From Candidatus Omnitrophota bacterium (GTDB lineage: Bacteria > Omnitrophota > Omnitrophia > Omnitrophales > Aquincolibacteriaceae), in NCBI GenBank assembly GCA_030698625.1, contig JAUYMS010000048.1, positions 154,404-218,403 of the forward strand: a stretch of DNA of 64,000 bases, written 5' to 3'. This document shows, one piece after another, positions 38,982 through 49,606 of the stretch. Position 1 is the stretch's first letter, and every line of letters begins with the position of its first letter. The position numbers were made by a program, and so were the translations under genes. The notes below the pieces were generated by a model. It searched no databases. It worked only from the letters and a program-made list of their open reading frames with translations, and was not told the origin of the DNA.

Positions 38982-40337
38982 ATGACCTTTCTATACAACA
39001 TAGCTTATGCGGTGTTCGGTATTCTGTATCTGCCGGTCTTTGTCTCAAAATGCTTGCAGGCAGACAGTCCCCGTCGTCTGCTCATGGAAAGATTTGGTGT
39101 GCTTGGACGTTCGCTCAGAGTACGTCTCTTGGGTCAGAAAGTGATCTGGCTGCATGCCGTTAGTGTCGGGGAAGTTATGGCTGTCAAGAACTTCACGGAG
39201 ATGTTGCTCGACAGATATGCCGGGCACCACCTTGTCCTTACAACGGTGACGGCTACGGGCCAAAAGATTGCCAAAGAGCTGGAATCCGACAAAATCACCG
39301 TATGCTATTTCCCGTTCGATCTGACGCGACCGGTTCGCAGTTTCTTTGAAGCACTGCAACCCGTATGCGTATTGTTGGCCGAGACAGAGATCTGGCCAAA
39401 TCTGTTAACCGAAGCTCGGAGAGCTCGTGTTCCTGTTGGAATTATCAATGCGCGAATGTCGGCAAGGTCGGCTCGGCGCTATATGCGGTTCGGGCGCGTG
39501 TTCCGCCCCTTGATGAGTAAATTGGATTTTGTCCTTGCTCAGAGCGAGTCAGATGCCGCTAAGTTTATCGCCTTGGGAGTTGATTCCGACCGCGTTCAAG
39601 TGCTCGGTAACATGAAATACGACAACTCAGCGGCGAAGGATTCTTTTTCCCCTGACCGCCGACGATGTGTGAAGAAGGCGGATTGGGGTTTCCCCGAAAA
39701 TGCGCTGGTTCTCATGGGGGGGAGCACGCATCCTGGGGAGGAGGAGTTGATGTGCAAGGTTTTCAAGGGCTGCAAGGAGTCCCACCCGAATCTCCGGATG
39801 ATTCTTGCGCCGCGGCACATTGAACGCTCCAAAGTCATTGCTCGCAAGTGCGAAAAGAGATTGGGGCAGAAAGTAGTTTTGGCGACGCAAACGGATGGCT
39901 CGGCGATGGCTGAGATTCTGGTTCTCGATCGATTAGGAATATTAAAAGACCTTTATGCAATTGCTGACGTGGTGTTTGTCGGCGGAAGTTTGGTGCGCCA
40001 CGGCGGGCAGAATCCGATCGAGCCTGCCGACCAGCGCCGTGCGATTGTTCACGGCCCGCACGTTTTTAATTTTGAACACATCTACCAGAAGTTGGATACC
40101 GAAGGCGGAGCCGTTCTTGTGCGGGACGGCGACGAACTGGCCTTTGCTGTTGAACGGTTGTTAGCAAGGCCCGGAGAATGCAAGACGATGGGCGAACACG
40201 CTTATGAACAAGTTTGTCGCTACCGGGGGGCGACGACGAGGCATGTCGAATGGCTCGTGCCGTTCCTCGAATCCCATGATCAATTGCCCTATGACTTTAA
40301 AATAAGTGAGGTGAAAGATGCGCGGATCCATTCGTAA
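38982..40337 (+). CDS. waaA: Kdo transferase
   Basis: WLHAVSVGE, ETEIWPN, GSTH.GEE, APRH, GGQNP.EPA. Confidence 0.95.
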   Translation: MTFLYNIAYAVFGILYLPVFVSKCLQADSPRRLLMERFGVLGRSLRVRLLGQKVIWLHAVSVGEVMAVKNFTEMLLDRYAGHHLVLTTVTATGQKIAKELESDKITVCYFPFDLTRPVRSFFEALQPVCVLLAETEIWPNLLTEARRARVPVGIINARMSARSARRYMRFGRVFRPLMSKLDFVLAQSESDAAKFIALGVDSDRVQVLGNMKYDNSAAKDSFSPDRRRCVKKADWGFPENALVLMGGSTHPGEEELMCKVFKGCKESHPNLRMILAPRHIERSKVIARKCEKRLGQKVVLATQTDGSAMAEILVLDRLGILKDLYAIADVVFVGGSLVRHGGQNPIEPADQRRAIVHGPHVFNFEHIYQKLDTEGGAVLVRDGDELAFAVERLLARPGECKTMGEHAYEQVCRYRGATTRHVEWLVPFLESHDQLPYDFKISEVKDARIHS

Positions 40338-41367
40338 TTATTTTCGTCTGTTAGCGGAAGACCGTGAGAGAGGTTTCGCAGCTCGGCTCCTTGGCCCCCT
40401 TCTGAGTGGCATTGCCTGGGTATACGGAGTTGGGGTCGGCACCTTGAGGCTCCTGCATGAGAAAAAGATTTTAAAGCGCAAGAGGCTGCCGTATCCCGTT
40501 GTGAGCGTGGGTAACCTGACATGGGGAGGGAGCGGGAAGACGCCGCTTGTCGAATACCTTGCACACCGTATCAGCGAGCGGAGGCGAACTCCTTTGGTCT
40601 TGACTCGCGGCTACAGTCAGGATGAAATTGAGCAATTACGACATCATCTTCCCCGCGTAATTATCGGAGTGGGCAAGGACCGCTTGAAAGTCGGCAGAAA
40701 CATCGGACAAAGAAATAGAATTGACATAGCCGTTCTTGACGACGGATTGCAGCATTGGCCGGTAGAGAGGGACATTGAAATTGTAGCGGTTAACTGCTTG
40801 AACCCATTTGGCAACGGGCATCTTCTGCCGCGCGGGATTCTTCGTGAACCGCTTTCGGTTTTAAAGAATGCTGCGATTATTGTCCTCTCACATGTAAATC
40901 TCGTCAAAATCGAAGACCTTAAGAAGCTTAAGGAGCAGATTCAGCGGATAGCGCCTAATTCCTTTATCGTGGAATCTTATCTCGAGCCGCTGTTTTTCTA
41001 CCGCGCACGCCAGCGCTCACGCGTGTCCCTGGATCGCTTGCACAATCATCGTGTGACCACATTCTCGGGGGTTGCGAGCCCCCGATCCTTTCAATTAACA
41101 CTGTCAAATTTTCAGATTAAACCCATCCGTAATTTTGAGTTTACCGACCATCACCCTTTTTCGGTGCAGGAGCTGGAAGAAATTAAGCGCGTTAGCGATT
41201 CTGCCTTCGCGGCAGAAATCATTACGACCGAAAAAGATTTTTACCGCTCGCCAAAAGCCATATCAGAGATACTGAACCCCTTGATTCTGGCGACTCGGCT
41301 GCGGATTCTATCCGGAGAGGATGTCCTCACAGACCGCCTTTTCAGGCTGGTGGGACTGGTTAAATAA
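40318..41367 (+). CDS. lpxK: Tetraacyldisaccharide 4'-kinase
   Basis: SVGNL..GGSGKTP, LDDG.QH, LPRG.LRE, DHH, TTEKD. Confidence 0.94.
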   Translation: MRGSIRNYFRLLAEDRERGFAARLLGPLLSGIAWVYGVGVGTLRLLHEKKILKRKRLPYPVVSVGNLTWGGSGKTPLVEYLAHRISERRRTPLVLTRGYSQDEIEQLRHHLPRVIIGVGKDRLKVGRNIGQRNRIDIAVLDDGLQHWPVERDIEIVAVNCLNPFGNGHLLPRGILREPLSVLKNAAIIVLSHVNLVKIEDLKKLKEQIQRIAPNSFIVESYLEPLFFYRARQRSRVSLDRLHNHRVTTFSGVASPRSFQLTLSNFQIKPIRNFEFTDHHPFSVQELEEIKRVSDSAFAAEIITTEKDFYRSPKAISEILNPLILATRLRILSGEDVLTDRLFRLVGLVK

Positions 41368-41379
41368 GCCAGGACAGGA

Positions 41380-43335
41380 ATGACGAAATCTCCTCGACTC
41401 GAATGGTTAAGTCTTTTTGCAGTGCGCGGTTTCTCACTGGTGGTTACGCGTTTGCCCGAGAGCAGTGCGCTCGTCCTGGGCCGCTTTTGCGGGCGAGTGG
41501 CCTTTATTTTTTCAAACCGCAGACGGGTTGCCTATGCAGACCTGAAAGCAGCCTTCGGGAATCGCTATAGCCCCTCTGCGCGGTGGCAGATCATCAGGCA
41601 GCATTACGGCCATATGGGCCAATCCGCTGTTGAGATGATCCGTTTTCCGCAGCTCGACGCTGGATTTGTTGAAGATAAAGTGCGCATTCATCACTTCGAG
41701 AGGTTTAAATCGCTTACTGATCAAGGTCATGGCGCAATCCTGCTGACGGCGCATATCGGAAACTGGGAATTGATTCAGATCATCTCGGGACTACTTAACA
41801 AGCCGATTCACGTGTTGGGTCGAGACCAACGGTCCGCGGGCATGACGAAATTACTTGCGAAATACAGGCAAGCCCACGGCTCCGTGGCCGTCAGCCGCGG
41901 TATCAATCTGAGAGATTTTGTCCGGGCCATTCGCAGGGGAGAGATGGTGGGATTGCTCGGAGATCAGTCTGCCGGAAAGCACCAAGGCTTGATATTGCCG
42001 TTCATGGGAAGAAAAACCACAGTGCCGACAGGCGCATTTGAATTGGCAAAACGTACCGGGGTTCCGATTCTGCCTTGTTTTATCGTCCGTGACGGAAAGG
42101 GCGGCCACGAGATTTTTATCGAGGAGCCGATTCTCCCGATAAGGTCCGAAGCTTCGGATGAGGATCTTGCTAAAGCTGTGAAGGGTTACGTGCATCTGCT
42201 CGAGAGTATGATTTCTCGTTACCCGTATCAGTGGCTATGGGGGAAGAAGAGATGGAAATACGCTTGGACGAAACGTCTCCTTGTCCTCTCTGATGGCAAG
42301 GCCGGGCATGTGAAGCAGGTGGAAGCAGTTGTGCGGAATTTTAAAGAAATCCAGACTCAATATGATCGTCCGGGGATGGAATATCCGACGCAGGTCCTCG
42401 ACGTTCATTTCAAGTCAGACCAACACCGCAAATGGTTTGCGTGGATATGTCCGTTCTTCTTGCCGTGGGCACAGGGGCGAATAGGCAAGCTCCGGGCGTT
42501 CTTCACAAAGGAAACCCAGGATCAACTCGAGGAAGCGAGTGCCGACTTCATTATCTCTGCGGGCTCTAGTCTGACACCCTTAAATCTGTTTCTTGCTAAA
42601 GAGTGCCGTGCAAAAAGCGTGGTTCTGATGAAGCCGAGCTTTCCGTACAACTTGTTTCGTATTGACCTGGCCATCGTGCCGCTTCACGATCGGGGGCAGA
42701 TGCCGCGCGAAGCTATCCGTACCCTGCTGACGCCTAGTTGGTGGGAGCCCGATGAGGTCGAAGAGGCCAGCGAACGGCTAGCTCGCGAACTTCCGGCAAG
42801 AGATCGTGTTAAAGTGGGTGTCTTTCTCGGGGGAACGACGCGCCGGTATCGCATGGAAACGGGAAAAGTAAGACAGCTTTTAGATTCCCTCGAGCGACTC
42901 GAGTCTGCGGAGGGTGACTACATTATGACCACTTCGCGGCGCACGCCCGATGCGGTGACAGATTACTTGAAGGCAAACCGGGGCCAGTATCGGCGATGCC
43001 AGCAGTTGATTATCGCCGCCGAAGACAAGATGCCGGGGCGTATTGAGGGGATGATGGGGCTTGCCGAGGTCCTTGTGGTAACTGAGGACAGTATTTCGAT
43101 GATTTCAGAGGCCGTTAGCACGGATAAGCCCGTCGTAGTCCTTAACCTGGATTCGGAAAATCTACCGAATAAGCATCGTCGTTTTCAGGAACTTTTGGCG
43201 CAGAACGCCGCCGTCGTTTTTGCGGATCCTGAGAATATTGTGGAGAAGATCAGGAACGCAAGGGCGCAGTTGCGCGGCGGATGGTATACCAGGGACCAAG
43301 CCATACTGCGGGGAAGGCTTCAGGAAATACTATGA
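41380..43335 (+). CDS. Fusion: lipid A late acyltransferase (LpxL/HtrB family) + ELM1/GtrOC1-like putative glycosyltransferase
   Basis: N-half HIGNWE, DQ, P.QWLW..KRWK; C-half LSDGKAGH..Q, HD, TSRRTP, VTEDSISMISEA. Confidence 0.85.
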   Translation: MTKSPRLEWLSLFAVRGFSLVVTRLPESSALVLGRFCGRVAFIFSNRRRVAYADLKAAFGNRYSPSARWQIIRQHYGHMGQSAVEMIRFPQLDAGFVEDKVRIHHFERFKSLTDQGHGAILLTAHIGNWELIQIISGLLNKPIHVLGRDQRSAGMTKLLAKYRQAHGSVAVSRGINLRDFVRAIRRGEMVGLLGDQSAGKHQGLILPFMGRKTTVPTGAFELAKRTGVPILPCFIVRDGKGGHEIFIEEPILPIRSEASDEDLAKAVKGYVHLLESMISRYPYQWLWGKKRWKYAWTKRLLVLSDGKAGHVKQVEAVVRNFKEIQTQYDRPGMEYPTQVLDVHFKSDQHRKWFAWICPFFLPWAQGRIGKLRAFFTKETQDQLEEASADFIISAGSSLTPLNLFLAKECRAKSVVLMKPSFPYNLFRIDLAIVPLHDRGQMPREAIRTLLTPSWWEPDEVEEASERLARELPARDRVKVGVFLGGTTRRYRMETGKVRQLLDSLERLESAEGDYIMTTSRRTPDAVTDYLKANRGQYRRCQQLIIAAEDKMPGRIEGMMGLAEVLVVTEDSISMISEAVSTDKPVVVLNLDSENLPNKHRRFQELLAQNAAVVFADPENIVEKIRNARAQLRGGWYTRDQAILRGRLQEIL

Positions 43336-45449
43336 AGGTACTCCAAGTATTACCCTCTCTGGATGTCGGAGGCGTAGAGCGCGGCGTTATTGATTTGGCG
43401 CGCGCCATGAGAAAAAGGGGCGAGGAGATTGTGGTGATCTCCTCCGGCGGAGCACTCGTTGCGCAGCTTCACAAGATGGGTGTGACCCACTACGCGCTTC
43501 CGGTACACAGGAAGTCTCTGTTTTCTTTGGCATTGGTTCCGCGGATCGCACGGATTATTCAGCGAGAACATGTCGATGTGGTGCATGCTCGCAGTCGTGT
43601 GCCCGCGTGGTTGGCTTGGCTTGCGGCACGCCAGACGCAGACGCCGTTTGTCACGACATGCCATGGCTATTATTCAAATCATCTTTTGAGTCGCGTGATG
43701 GGGTGGGGTAAGCGAGTCATCGTGATCTCTCGAATCATCGGCCGCCATATGATAGACGACTTCGGTGTAAGCCCCGAGCGCATTCGCCTGATTCACAGAG
43801 GGCTGGACTTACAGCACTTCACTCATCGGCCTATCGTGAAGCGTACTCCCCGTATTTTTCGTATTCTGAATATCGGCCGTTTGTCCCCCATCAAGGGACA
43901 GTTGGAGTTTCTCCGCGCTGTTCATTTGCTGCGGCGTGATTTGCAGCAGATAGAGGTGTGTCTTGTAGGGTCAGAAGGGAAGGGGAAACATAAATATACG
44001 GAACTCCTCAAGCAAACAGTCCGGCAATTGGGTTTGGAGGCTTGCGTGAAATTTCTCGGGACGCGTCGTGATATTCCCGAACTATTGAGGGGCGCGGACC
44101 TGCTTGTCCTTTCGACCTTGGTTCCGGAAGCCTTCGGGCGCGTCGTCATCGAGGCCGGTGCCGTCGGGTGCCCTGTCGTTTCAACCCGAGTCGGCGGTGT
44201 TCTCGACATTATCGACGAAGGCGAGAACGGTCGCTTGGTTCCTCCGGGGGATCCCGAAGCCATGGCGGCGGCAATGTTTGATAGCTTAACCAGTGTCGAG
44301 CAGTCAACCAGGCTTGCGGAAAATCTGCGCAAGAAGGTTGAAAATAATTTCACGCTGGACCAACTTGTTGATAAGACGATTGCTGTCTACGATGAAGTGA
44401 AAAAGGAGAAAAAGATTCTGGTTATCAAGCTTGGTGCGATGGGTGATGTGATTCTCGCGGTGCCCAGTCTTCGCATGCTCCGAGAACGCTTTCCGGACGC
44501 CTCAATCTCGGTTTTGGTCGATAAAAAGTTTGCTCCTCTTTTGAAGGGGTGTCCTTATATTCAGGAAGTGATTCCGGTGGAGCGGCGCAGATTTCCGCGG
44601 CTTCTTTATCTGCTGCGATTGGCCAAGTCTTTGAGGCGTGAAGGCTATGATGCTTCGGTGGATCTGCAGAATTCAAAATGGACTCATTTGCTAGCTTTTC
44701 TCGCAGCGATCCCAGAGCGTTTCGGGTTTCGTCGCGGCCATTTCGGTTTTCTCCTGAACCGGCCGGACCGTTTCTTCCGGGTGGCAGAGCCGCCGGTTAA
44801 AAATCAGTACCGCATACTCTCAAAAGTAGGTGTCCAGAAATGGGACGATCGTCTAGAGCTTTGGCCGGACGCGAAGTCAGAGAAAAAAGTCGATGAGGTG
44901 CTTGAGGAGTTTCTTAAAGATAGCAATTCATCGCGCCTGGTGGGATTTGTCCTCGGATCCAGTCCGAAGTGGCTGACAAAGAGATGGCCTCTTGAGAATT
45001 TTAAGGCCTTGGCGAGGCGGTTGCAGGAGTCAGAAAATACCCGCGTTGTTCTGATTGGCTCCGCGGAGGATGGGGAAATTGCCGACCAATTTTTGGCCGG
45101 TGAAACAGCACACGTTCTTAACATGGTGGGCAAGACATCGTCGCGTGAGCTCATACCTCTTGTGAAGCGGCTCGATGTCCTTGTGACGGGCGATACGGCG
45201 CCGCTGCATGTGGCGAGCGCCGTCGGCACGGATATCGTCGCGCTTTTTGGACCCACGGACCCGAAGCGCCATATGCCTCCGGGCAACAACCATGTCGTGA
45301 TTAATCGAAGGTTGGCCTGCCAGCCTTGTTATCGGGGGACCTGTTCGAATGAGGAGGACCTCGCTTGTCTAAGACAGATTTCGATCGAAGAGGTTTTTAA
45401 CGCAGTGCGCAAGAAACTGAATTCTCTGGTCGTGGAAGCAAGGGCGTAA
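43332..45449 (+). CDS. Fusion: GT4 glycosyltransferase + GT9 heptosyltransferase
   Basis: GGVE, HARSR, PEAFG..IEA (GT4); GAMGDV, KRWP, DTAPLH.A..., FGPT (GT9). Confidence 0.88.
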   Translation: MKVLQVLPSLDVGGVERGVIDLARAMRKRGEEIVVISSGGALVAQLHKMGVTHYALPVHRKSLFSLALVPRIARIIQREHVDVVHARSRVPAWLAWLAARQTQTPFVTTCHGYYSNHLLSRVMGWGKRVIVISRIIGRHMIDDFGVSPERIRLIHRGLDLQHFTHRPIVKRTPRIFRILNIGRLSPIKGQLEFLRAVHLLRRDLQQIEVCLVGSEGKGKHKYTELLKQTVRQLGLEACVKFLGTRRDIPELLRGADLLVLSTLVPEAFGRVVIEAGAVGCPVVSTRVGGVLDIIDEGENGRLVPPGDPEAMAAAMFDSLTSVEQSTRLAENLRKKVENNFTLDQLVDKTIAVYDEVKKEKKILVIKLGAMGDVILAVPSLRMLRERFPDASISVLVDKKFAPLLKGCPYIQEVIPVERRRFPRLLYLLRLAKSLRREGYDASVDLQNSKWTHLLAFLAAIPERFGFRRGHFGFLLNRPDRFFRVAEPPVKNQYRILSKVGVQKWDDRLELWPDAKSEKKVDEVLEEFLKDSNSSRLVGFVLGSSPKWLTKRWPLENFKALARRLQESENTRVVLIGSAEDGEIADQFLAGETAHVLNMVGKTSSRELIPLVKRLDVLVTGDTAPLHVASAVGTDIVALFGPTDPKRHMPPGNNHVVINRRLACQPCYRGTCSNEEDLACLRQISIEEVFNAVRKKLNSLVVEARA

Positions 45450-45451
45450 GC

Positions 45452-46501
45452 ATGAAGATATTAATTATTACCAAGAATTGGTTGGGGGATATCCTTTTTC
45501 AACTGCCGGCGATTGAGGCCATTAAGAGGTTTTCTCCGACAGCGGAGATCGTTTGTATGGCTCCGGAACGTTGCCGAGAGATTCTTGAAGCGCATCCGGC
45601 GGTCAGCCGTGTCATTGCTTTTGATGAGAAGGGAGAGCACCGCTCTCTATGGGCGAAAATCGGTCTGATTGGCCAACTGCGCAGGGAAAAATGGGACCGC
45701 GCTTATCTGTTCCATCGCTCCCGCACACGCGCAGCTCTAATGTGGCTGGCTGGCGTAAGGGAACGCATCGGTTATGCGCACGGGAGGCGTCTGTTTCTCA
45801 CTACGGCCATCGAAGAACCGCAACAGAGGATGCATCATGTTGATTATGCGCTAGCCTTTGTAAAACAGGCCGGTATTTCAACGGTACAATCGTCCAGGTA
45901 TCGGTTTTATTTTTCAGCCTTGTGTCGGCAGCAAGCCGCGGTACTCCTGCAAGAATACGAAGTACGACCGCGGAATTTTATGTGTTTTCATATTGGCGCA
46001 AACTGGGAGCCCAAGCGATGGCCTGCGAGCCACTTTGCAGAGCTGGCGGATCTTATTGGGACGCAGTGGAACATCCCCATTCTGGTGACCGGCGCGGGGC
46101 GTGATAAAGAGCTGGCCGGCGAAGTCACTCAACGAGTGAAGCAGGCACGTGTCCTTTCTTTAGTCGGAAAGACTAGTTTGGGTACGCTCGGGGCTCTCTA
46201 TGAGCAAGCCCTTCTCCTGGTTTCCGGAGATTCGGGGCCCATGCACATCGCTTCGGGGGTCGGAACACCTGTCTTGGCCCTTTTTGGCCCGACTGATCCT
46301 GCGCTCACCGGCCCTCGCGGGGTCGGCCAGACAGCGGTCCTTCAGTATATCCCGGAAGGCTATCATACCCCGTGGCTTGGCAAGAACCTGCCTGAAGGCG
46401 GGTGGGTTTCTCATATTACACCGCAGCAGGTGATTGCGGCGATCAAAGAAAAAGGATGGATGGAGAGCGGATGGAAGCTACAAAACGAATCCTTATCGTA
46501 A
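45452..46501 (+). CDS. GT9 LPS heptosyltransferase (WaaF-like)
   Basis: NWLGD, KRWP, DSGPMH.A, LFGPT. Confidence 0.88.
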   Translation: MKILIITKNWLGDILFQLPAIEAIKRFSPTAEIVCMAPERCREILEAHPAVSRVIAFDEKGEHRSLWAKIGLIGQLRREKWDRAYLFHRSRTRAALMWLAGVRERIGYAHGRRLFLTTAIEEPQQRMHHVDYALAFVKQAGISTVQSSRYRFYFSALCRQQAAVLLQEYEVRPRNFMCFHIGANWEPKRWPASHFAELADLIGTQWNIPILVTGAGRDKELAGEVTQRVKQARVLSLVGKTSLGTLGALYEQALLLVSGDSGPMHIASGVGTPVLALFGPTDPALTGPRGVGQTAVLQYIPEGYHTPWLGKNLPEGGWVSHITPQQVIAAIKEKGWMESGWKLQNESLS

Positions 46502-47445
46502 CTCTTTCGAATATTGGGGACGTAATTCTCACGACGCCGGTGATTACGTCGCTGGCGGCTCGCTATCCGGAAGCAAAGATCACGGTTGTGACGAGCCTCC
46601 GCGCAGAGGGTGTGCTCGAGGGTAGCCGCTTCATACATGATATCGTCATCTATAATAAGAAAAGCGGATTATCGGGGCAGTTACGATTCCTGAACCAGTT
46701 GCGCCGGCACCGGTATGATCTCGTCGTAGATTTGCGCCGTACCGCTATTGCTTACCTGGTCCGGGCTAAAAGGCGAAGTCCGTTGTTTAGGCATTACCGC
46801 CAAATGTCCATGCGGAACCGCCACTTGGAAGTTCTCGGAATGATGAAATTGGAATGCCCTGAGGCGCCTCAGTTCGATTTTTTTAGCAAGGTGGACGACA
46901 ATAATGCGCTCGAGAAAGTCCATGCGGAGGGGCTTTCTACGGCGCGCGATTGGATTCTGGTAGCCCCCGTCGCGGCCAGTGAACTCAAGACATGGCGGCT
47001 TGACGGTTTTCGAGATCTCTTGCGAGGACTTCTGCGTGAGCGGAGCGAGGACATTTTGTTGGTGGGCGACATGCGCGAACGCGAATTGGCTGCGCCGCTG
47101 GTGGACCTCAACCCGAAGCGAATTCGAAATTTAGCCGGCCGCACAACGCTTCCCGAGCTGGCGGCCTTAATAGCGAGGGCATCCTTACTCATTGCCAATG
47201 ACAGTGCCGCCATGCACCTGGGTTATGAATTGAATCGACCCGTAGTCGCATTATTCGGCCCGACGCATTATAAAAAATCCGGATACACGGGGGAGAAGTT
47301 TCGCATCGTGCGCGAACCCGTCGAATGTTCGCCATGTGAACGCCCGAGGTGCCGCTTTGCCCGCCAGGCCTGTTTTGAAGACTTAAAAGCCGATAAGGTA
47401 ATGAAGGCTTGTGAGGAGTTGCTGCGTGTTCATACCTCTTCCTAA
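46471..47445 (+). CDS. GT9 LPS heptosyltransferase
   Basis: NIGDV, K.W, NDSAAMH, LFGPT, C-terminal CxxC...C...C. Confidence 0.88.
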   Translation: MEATKRILIVTLSNIGDVILTTPVITSLAARYPEAKITVVTSLRAEGVLEGSRFIHDIVIYNKKSGLSGQLRFLNQLRRHRYDLVVDLRRTAIAYLVRAKRRSPLFRHYRQMSMRNRHLEVLGMMKLECPEAPQFDFFSKVDDNNALEKVHAEGLSTARDWILVAPVAASELKTWRLDGFRDLLRGLLRERSEDILLVGDMRERELAAPLVDLNPKRIRNLAGRTTLPELAALIARASLLIANDSAAMHLGYELNRPVVALFGPTHYKKSGYTGEKFRIVREPVECSPCERPRCRFARQACFEDLKADKVMKACEELLRVHTSS

Positions 47446-48505
47446 ATCACGGCCCCCGAGGATTCTCGTGACGCGCGCTGATCGGATCGGAGACTTTGTC
47501 TTGTCTACGCCTGTCTTCGAGGCGCTGCGCGGGCATTTTCCGAAGGCGTGGATTGCCGGTCTGACCTCCATTGAGAACGGAGAACTGGCGATAGGGAATC
47601 CGTTTCTCGATGAGACTCTCCTTTATGATAAAAAAGGGCGGGAAGCCGGATTTTGGGGAAATCTACGCTTCGCCCGTAAGCTTGCAAAGAAGAATTTTGA
47701 TATCGTTATTCATTTGCATGCAACCAACCGCATGCATTGGGTCAGTTGGTTGGCAAAGATTCCGGTGCGTATAGGTTGGACCCGTCGTGCCGGGTGGGCG
47801 CTTACCCATCCATATGCGGATGTAAAGGTGGAAGGCGCAAAGCACGAAGCGGAGTATAACTTTGACTTGCTTAAAGAACTTCAGATTGTCGCGCCTGAAA
47901 GATTGAGGCCCGTCCTTACGACTCAAGTGAAATCGCGTGCGTCGCTTGATGAACTGGTTGCACGCTTAGGAATAACGACGACGAAGCCGTGGGTTGCTCT
48001 CAGCCCTGGGGCGAGTTGTCCGTCCAAAAGATGGCCGCCTGAGAGATTCGGTGCACTGGCAGACGAATTGGCGGAACGTCATGATATTGAACTTATTCTA
48101 GTCGGGAGCGCGGTGGACCGTCATTTGGCCGAAAAGGTGCAGGGTGCAGCGAGGACGTCCCTATTTGATCTCACGGGACGATTGTCGCTCGGTATGCTCG
48201 CCGCACTTTTTGAGCGCACCCGGCTCTTAATTTCGAATGACTCGGGCCCCGTCCATATTGCGGACGCAGTTGGAACATGCGTCATTTCGATTTTTGGCCG
48301 GAAGCAGCCGGGATTGTCACCCACACGTTGGCGGCCGCTTAATCCGCGTTCTACTTTTGTCTGGAAAGACGTGGGCTGTGTAGAGTGTCTGGCGCACCGG
48401 TGTGAAATAGGTTTTCTTTGTTTGGATGCGATCGCGGTTCATCATGTCATGGATCAAGTGGCGCGTTATCGGCACCTGCTGGAACCCGCCGAGGTGGCGT
48501 CGTGA
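47411..48505 (+). CDS. GT9 LPS heptosyltransferase (start uncertain)
   Basis: DRIGD, KRWP, NDSGP.H.A, IFG, Cys cluster. Confidence 0.88.
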   Translation: MRSCCVFIPLPKSRPPRILVTRADRIGDFVLSTPVFEALRGHFPKAWIAGLTSIENGELAIGNPFLDETLLYDKKGREAGFWGNLRFARKLAKKNFDIVIHLHATNRMHWVSWLAKIPVRIGWTRRAGWALTHPYADVKVEGAKHEAEYNFDLLKELQIVAPERLRPVLTTQVKSRASLDELVARLGITTTKPWVALSPGASCPSKRWPPERFGALADELAERHDIELILVGSAVDRHLAEKVQGAARTSLFDLTGRLSLGMLAALFERTRLLISNDSGPVHIADAVGTCVISIFGRKQPGLSPTRWRPLNPRSTFVWKDVGCVECLAHRCEIGFLCLDAIAVHHVMDQVARYRHLLEPAEVAS

Positions 48506-49605
48506 GTGTGATCCGCCGCGTACTCGTGGTCCAACCTTACGGCATCGGTGACCTGCTGTTTTTGACACCGGTCTTACGAGCTTTAAGGCTTTTGCCGGGC
48601 ATGGAAAAAGTCGATCTGCTGCTCGGCTCAAGGACCGAAGAGGTGGTGCGGCCTAACCCTCATGTCGACGAGATCTTCTGCGTAGACAAGGATCTTTATC
48701 ATAGGCGCGGTGCTGTTGAGAATTTAAAAGAAACGTGGCTGCTTGGCCGAAAGTTGCGCGCCAATCACTATGACCTGCTTTTAGATTATTCACTTCGCGG
48801 GGAATATGGTTTTTTTGGGCAATTTTTTCTGGGAATTCCCCGACGCGCCGGATTTCACTATAAGCGGCGCGGTTTTTTCCACACGCATCGATTAAAGATC
48901 AACGAAGGGTTTACCGGGCGTCATGTCGTGGATTTTTTCTGCGAGCTAGCTGAAAAGGCGGGCGTTCGCGTGGAGGATAGATTTCTGGAATTTTACATAG
49001 AGCCCGAAGACCGTGATCGCGCAGCTGATGCCGTTAAGACTGAATTCCCGAATGGGGAGTCACGCTTTCTCGTTGTGAGCCCGGGTGGGGGAGAGTCGTG
49101 GGGGGCGGATGCTCATTTTAAACGGTGGCCGACGGTTTTCTTCGCAGAATTGATCGTGATGCTTAAGGGTCGCATATCTTTTGACGGAGTTCTTGTGGTA
49201 GGGAGCCCTGCTGAAAAAGAGCTCACCGACCAACTCGTGGAATTGCTAACGGTTCCCGCAGTGAATCTCGCCGGTAAGGTTGATTTAAGAACCGCTGCCG
49301 CGCTCATTGATTCCTGTGAGCTTTTTCTGGGCAATGACGGCGGGCTATTGCATGTCGCACACGCGCGCCGTAAGCCCGTGATCGGCTTATACGGTCCGGT
49401 AGACCCTGTTGTCTACGGACCCTACCCTGCGTCGCCTGCGGCAGCAGCGGTTTTTAAGGAAGATCTTGAGTGCCGGCCGTGTTATAAGAGATTCCGCTAT
49501 AAGAGTGACTGCGAGCACCGAGAGTGTTTGCAGTCTCTCCGTCCAGGCGACGTCATGAAGCAACTCGAGAGAAGCCGCTTCTTGGCCGAAGTTGCAGGGG
49601 TGTGA
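48502..49605 (+). CDS. GT9 LPS heptosyltransferase
   Basis: GIGD, KRWP, NDGGLLH.A, YGP, Cys cluster. Confidence 0.88.
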   Translation: MSVIRRVLVVQPYGIGDLLFLTPVLRALRLLPGMEKVDLLLGSRTEEVVRPNPHVDEIFCVDKDLYHRRGAVENLKETWLLGRKLRANHYDLLLDYSLRGEYGFFGQFFLGIPRRAGFHYKRRGFFHTHRLKINEGFTGRHVVDFFCELAEKAGVRVEDRFLEFYIEPEDRDRAADAVKTEFPNGESRFLVVSPGGGESWGADAHFKRWPTVFFAELIVMLKGRISFDGVLVVGSPAEKELTDQLVELLTVPAVNLAGKVDLRTAAALIDSCELFLGNDGGLLHVAHARRKPVIGLYGPVDPVVYGPYPASPAAAAVFKEDLECRPCYKRFRYKSDCEHRECLQSLRPGDVMKQLERSRFLAEVAGV

Positions 49606-49606
49606 T

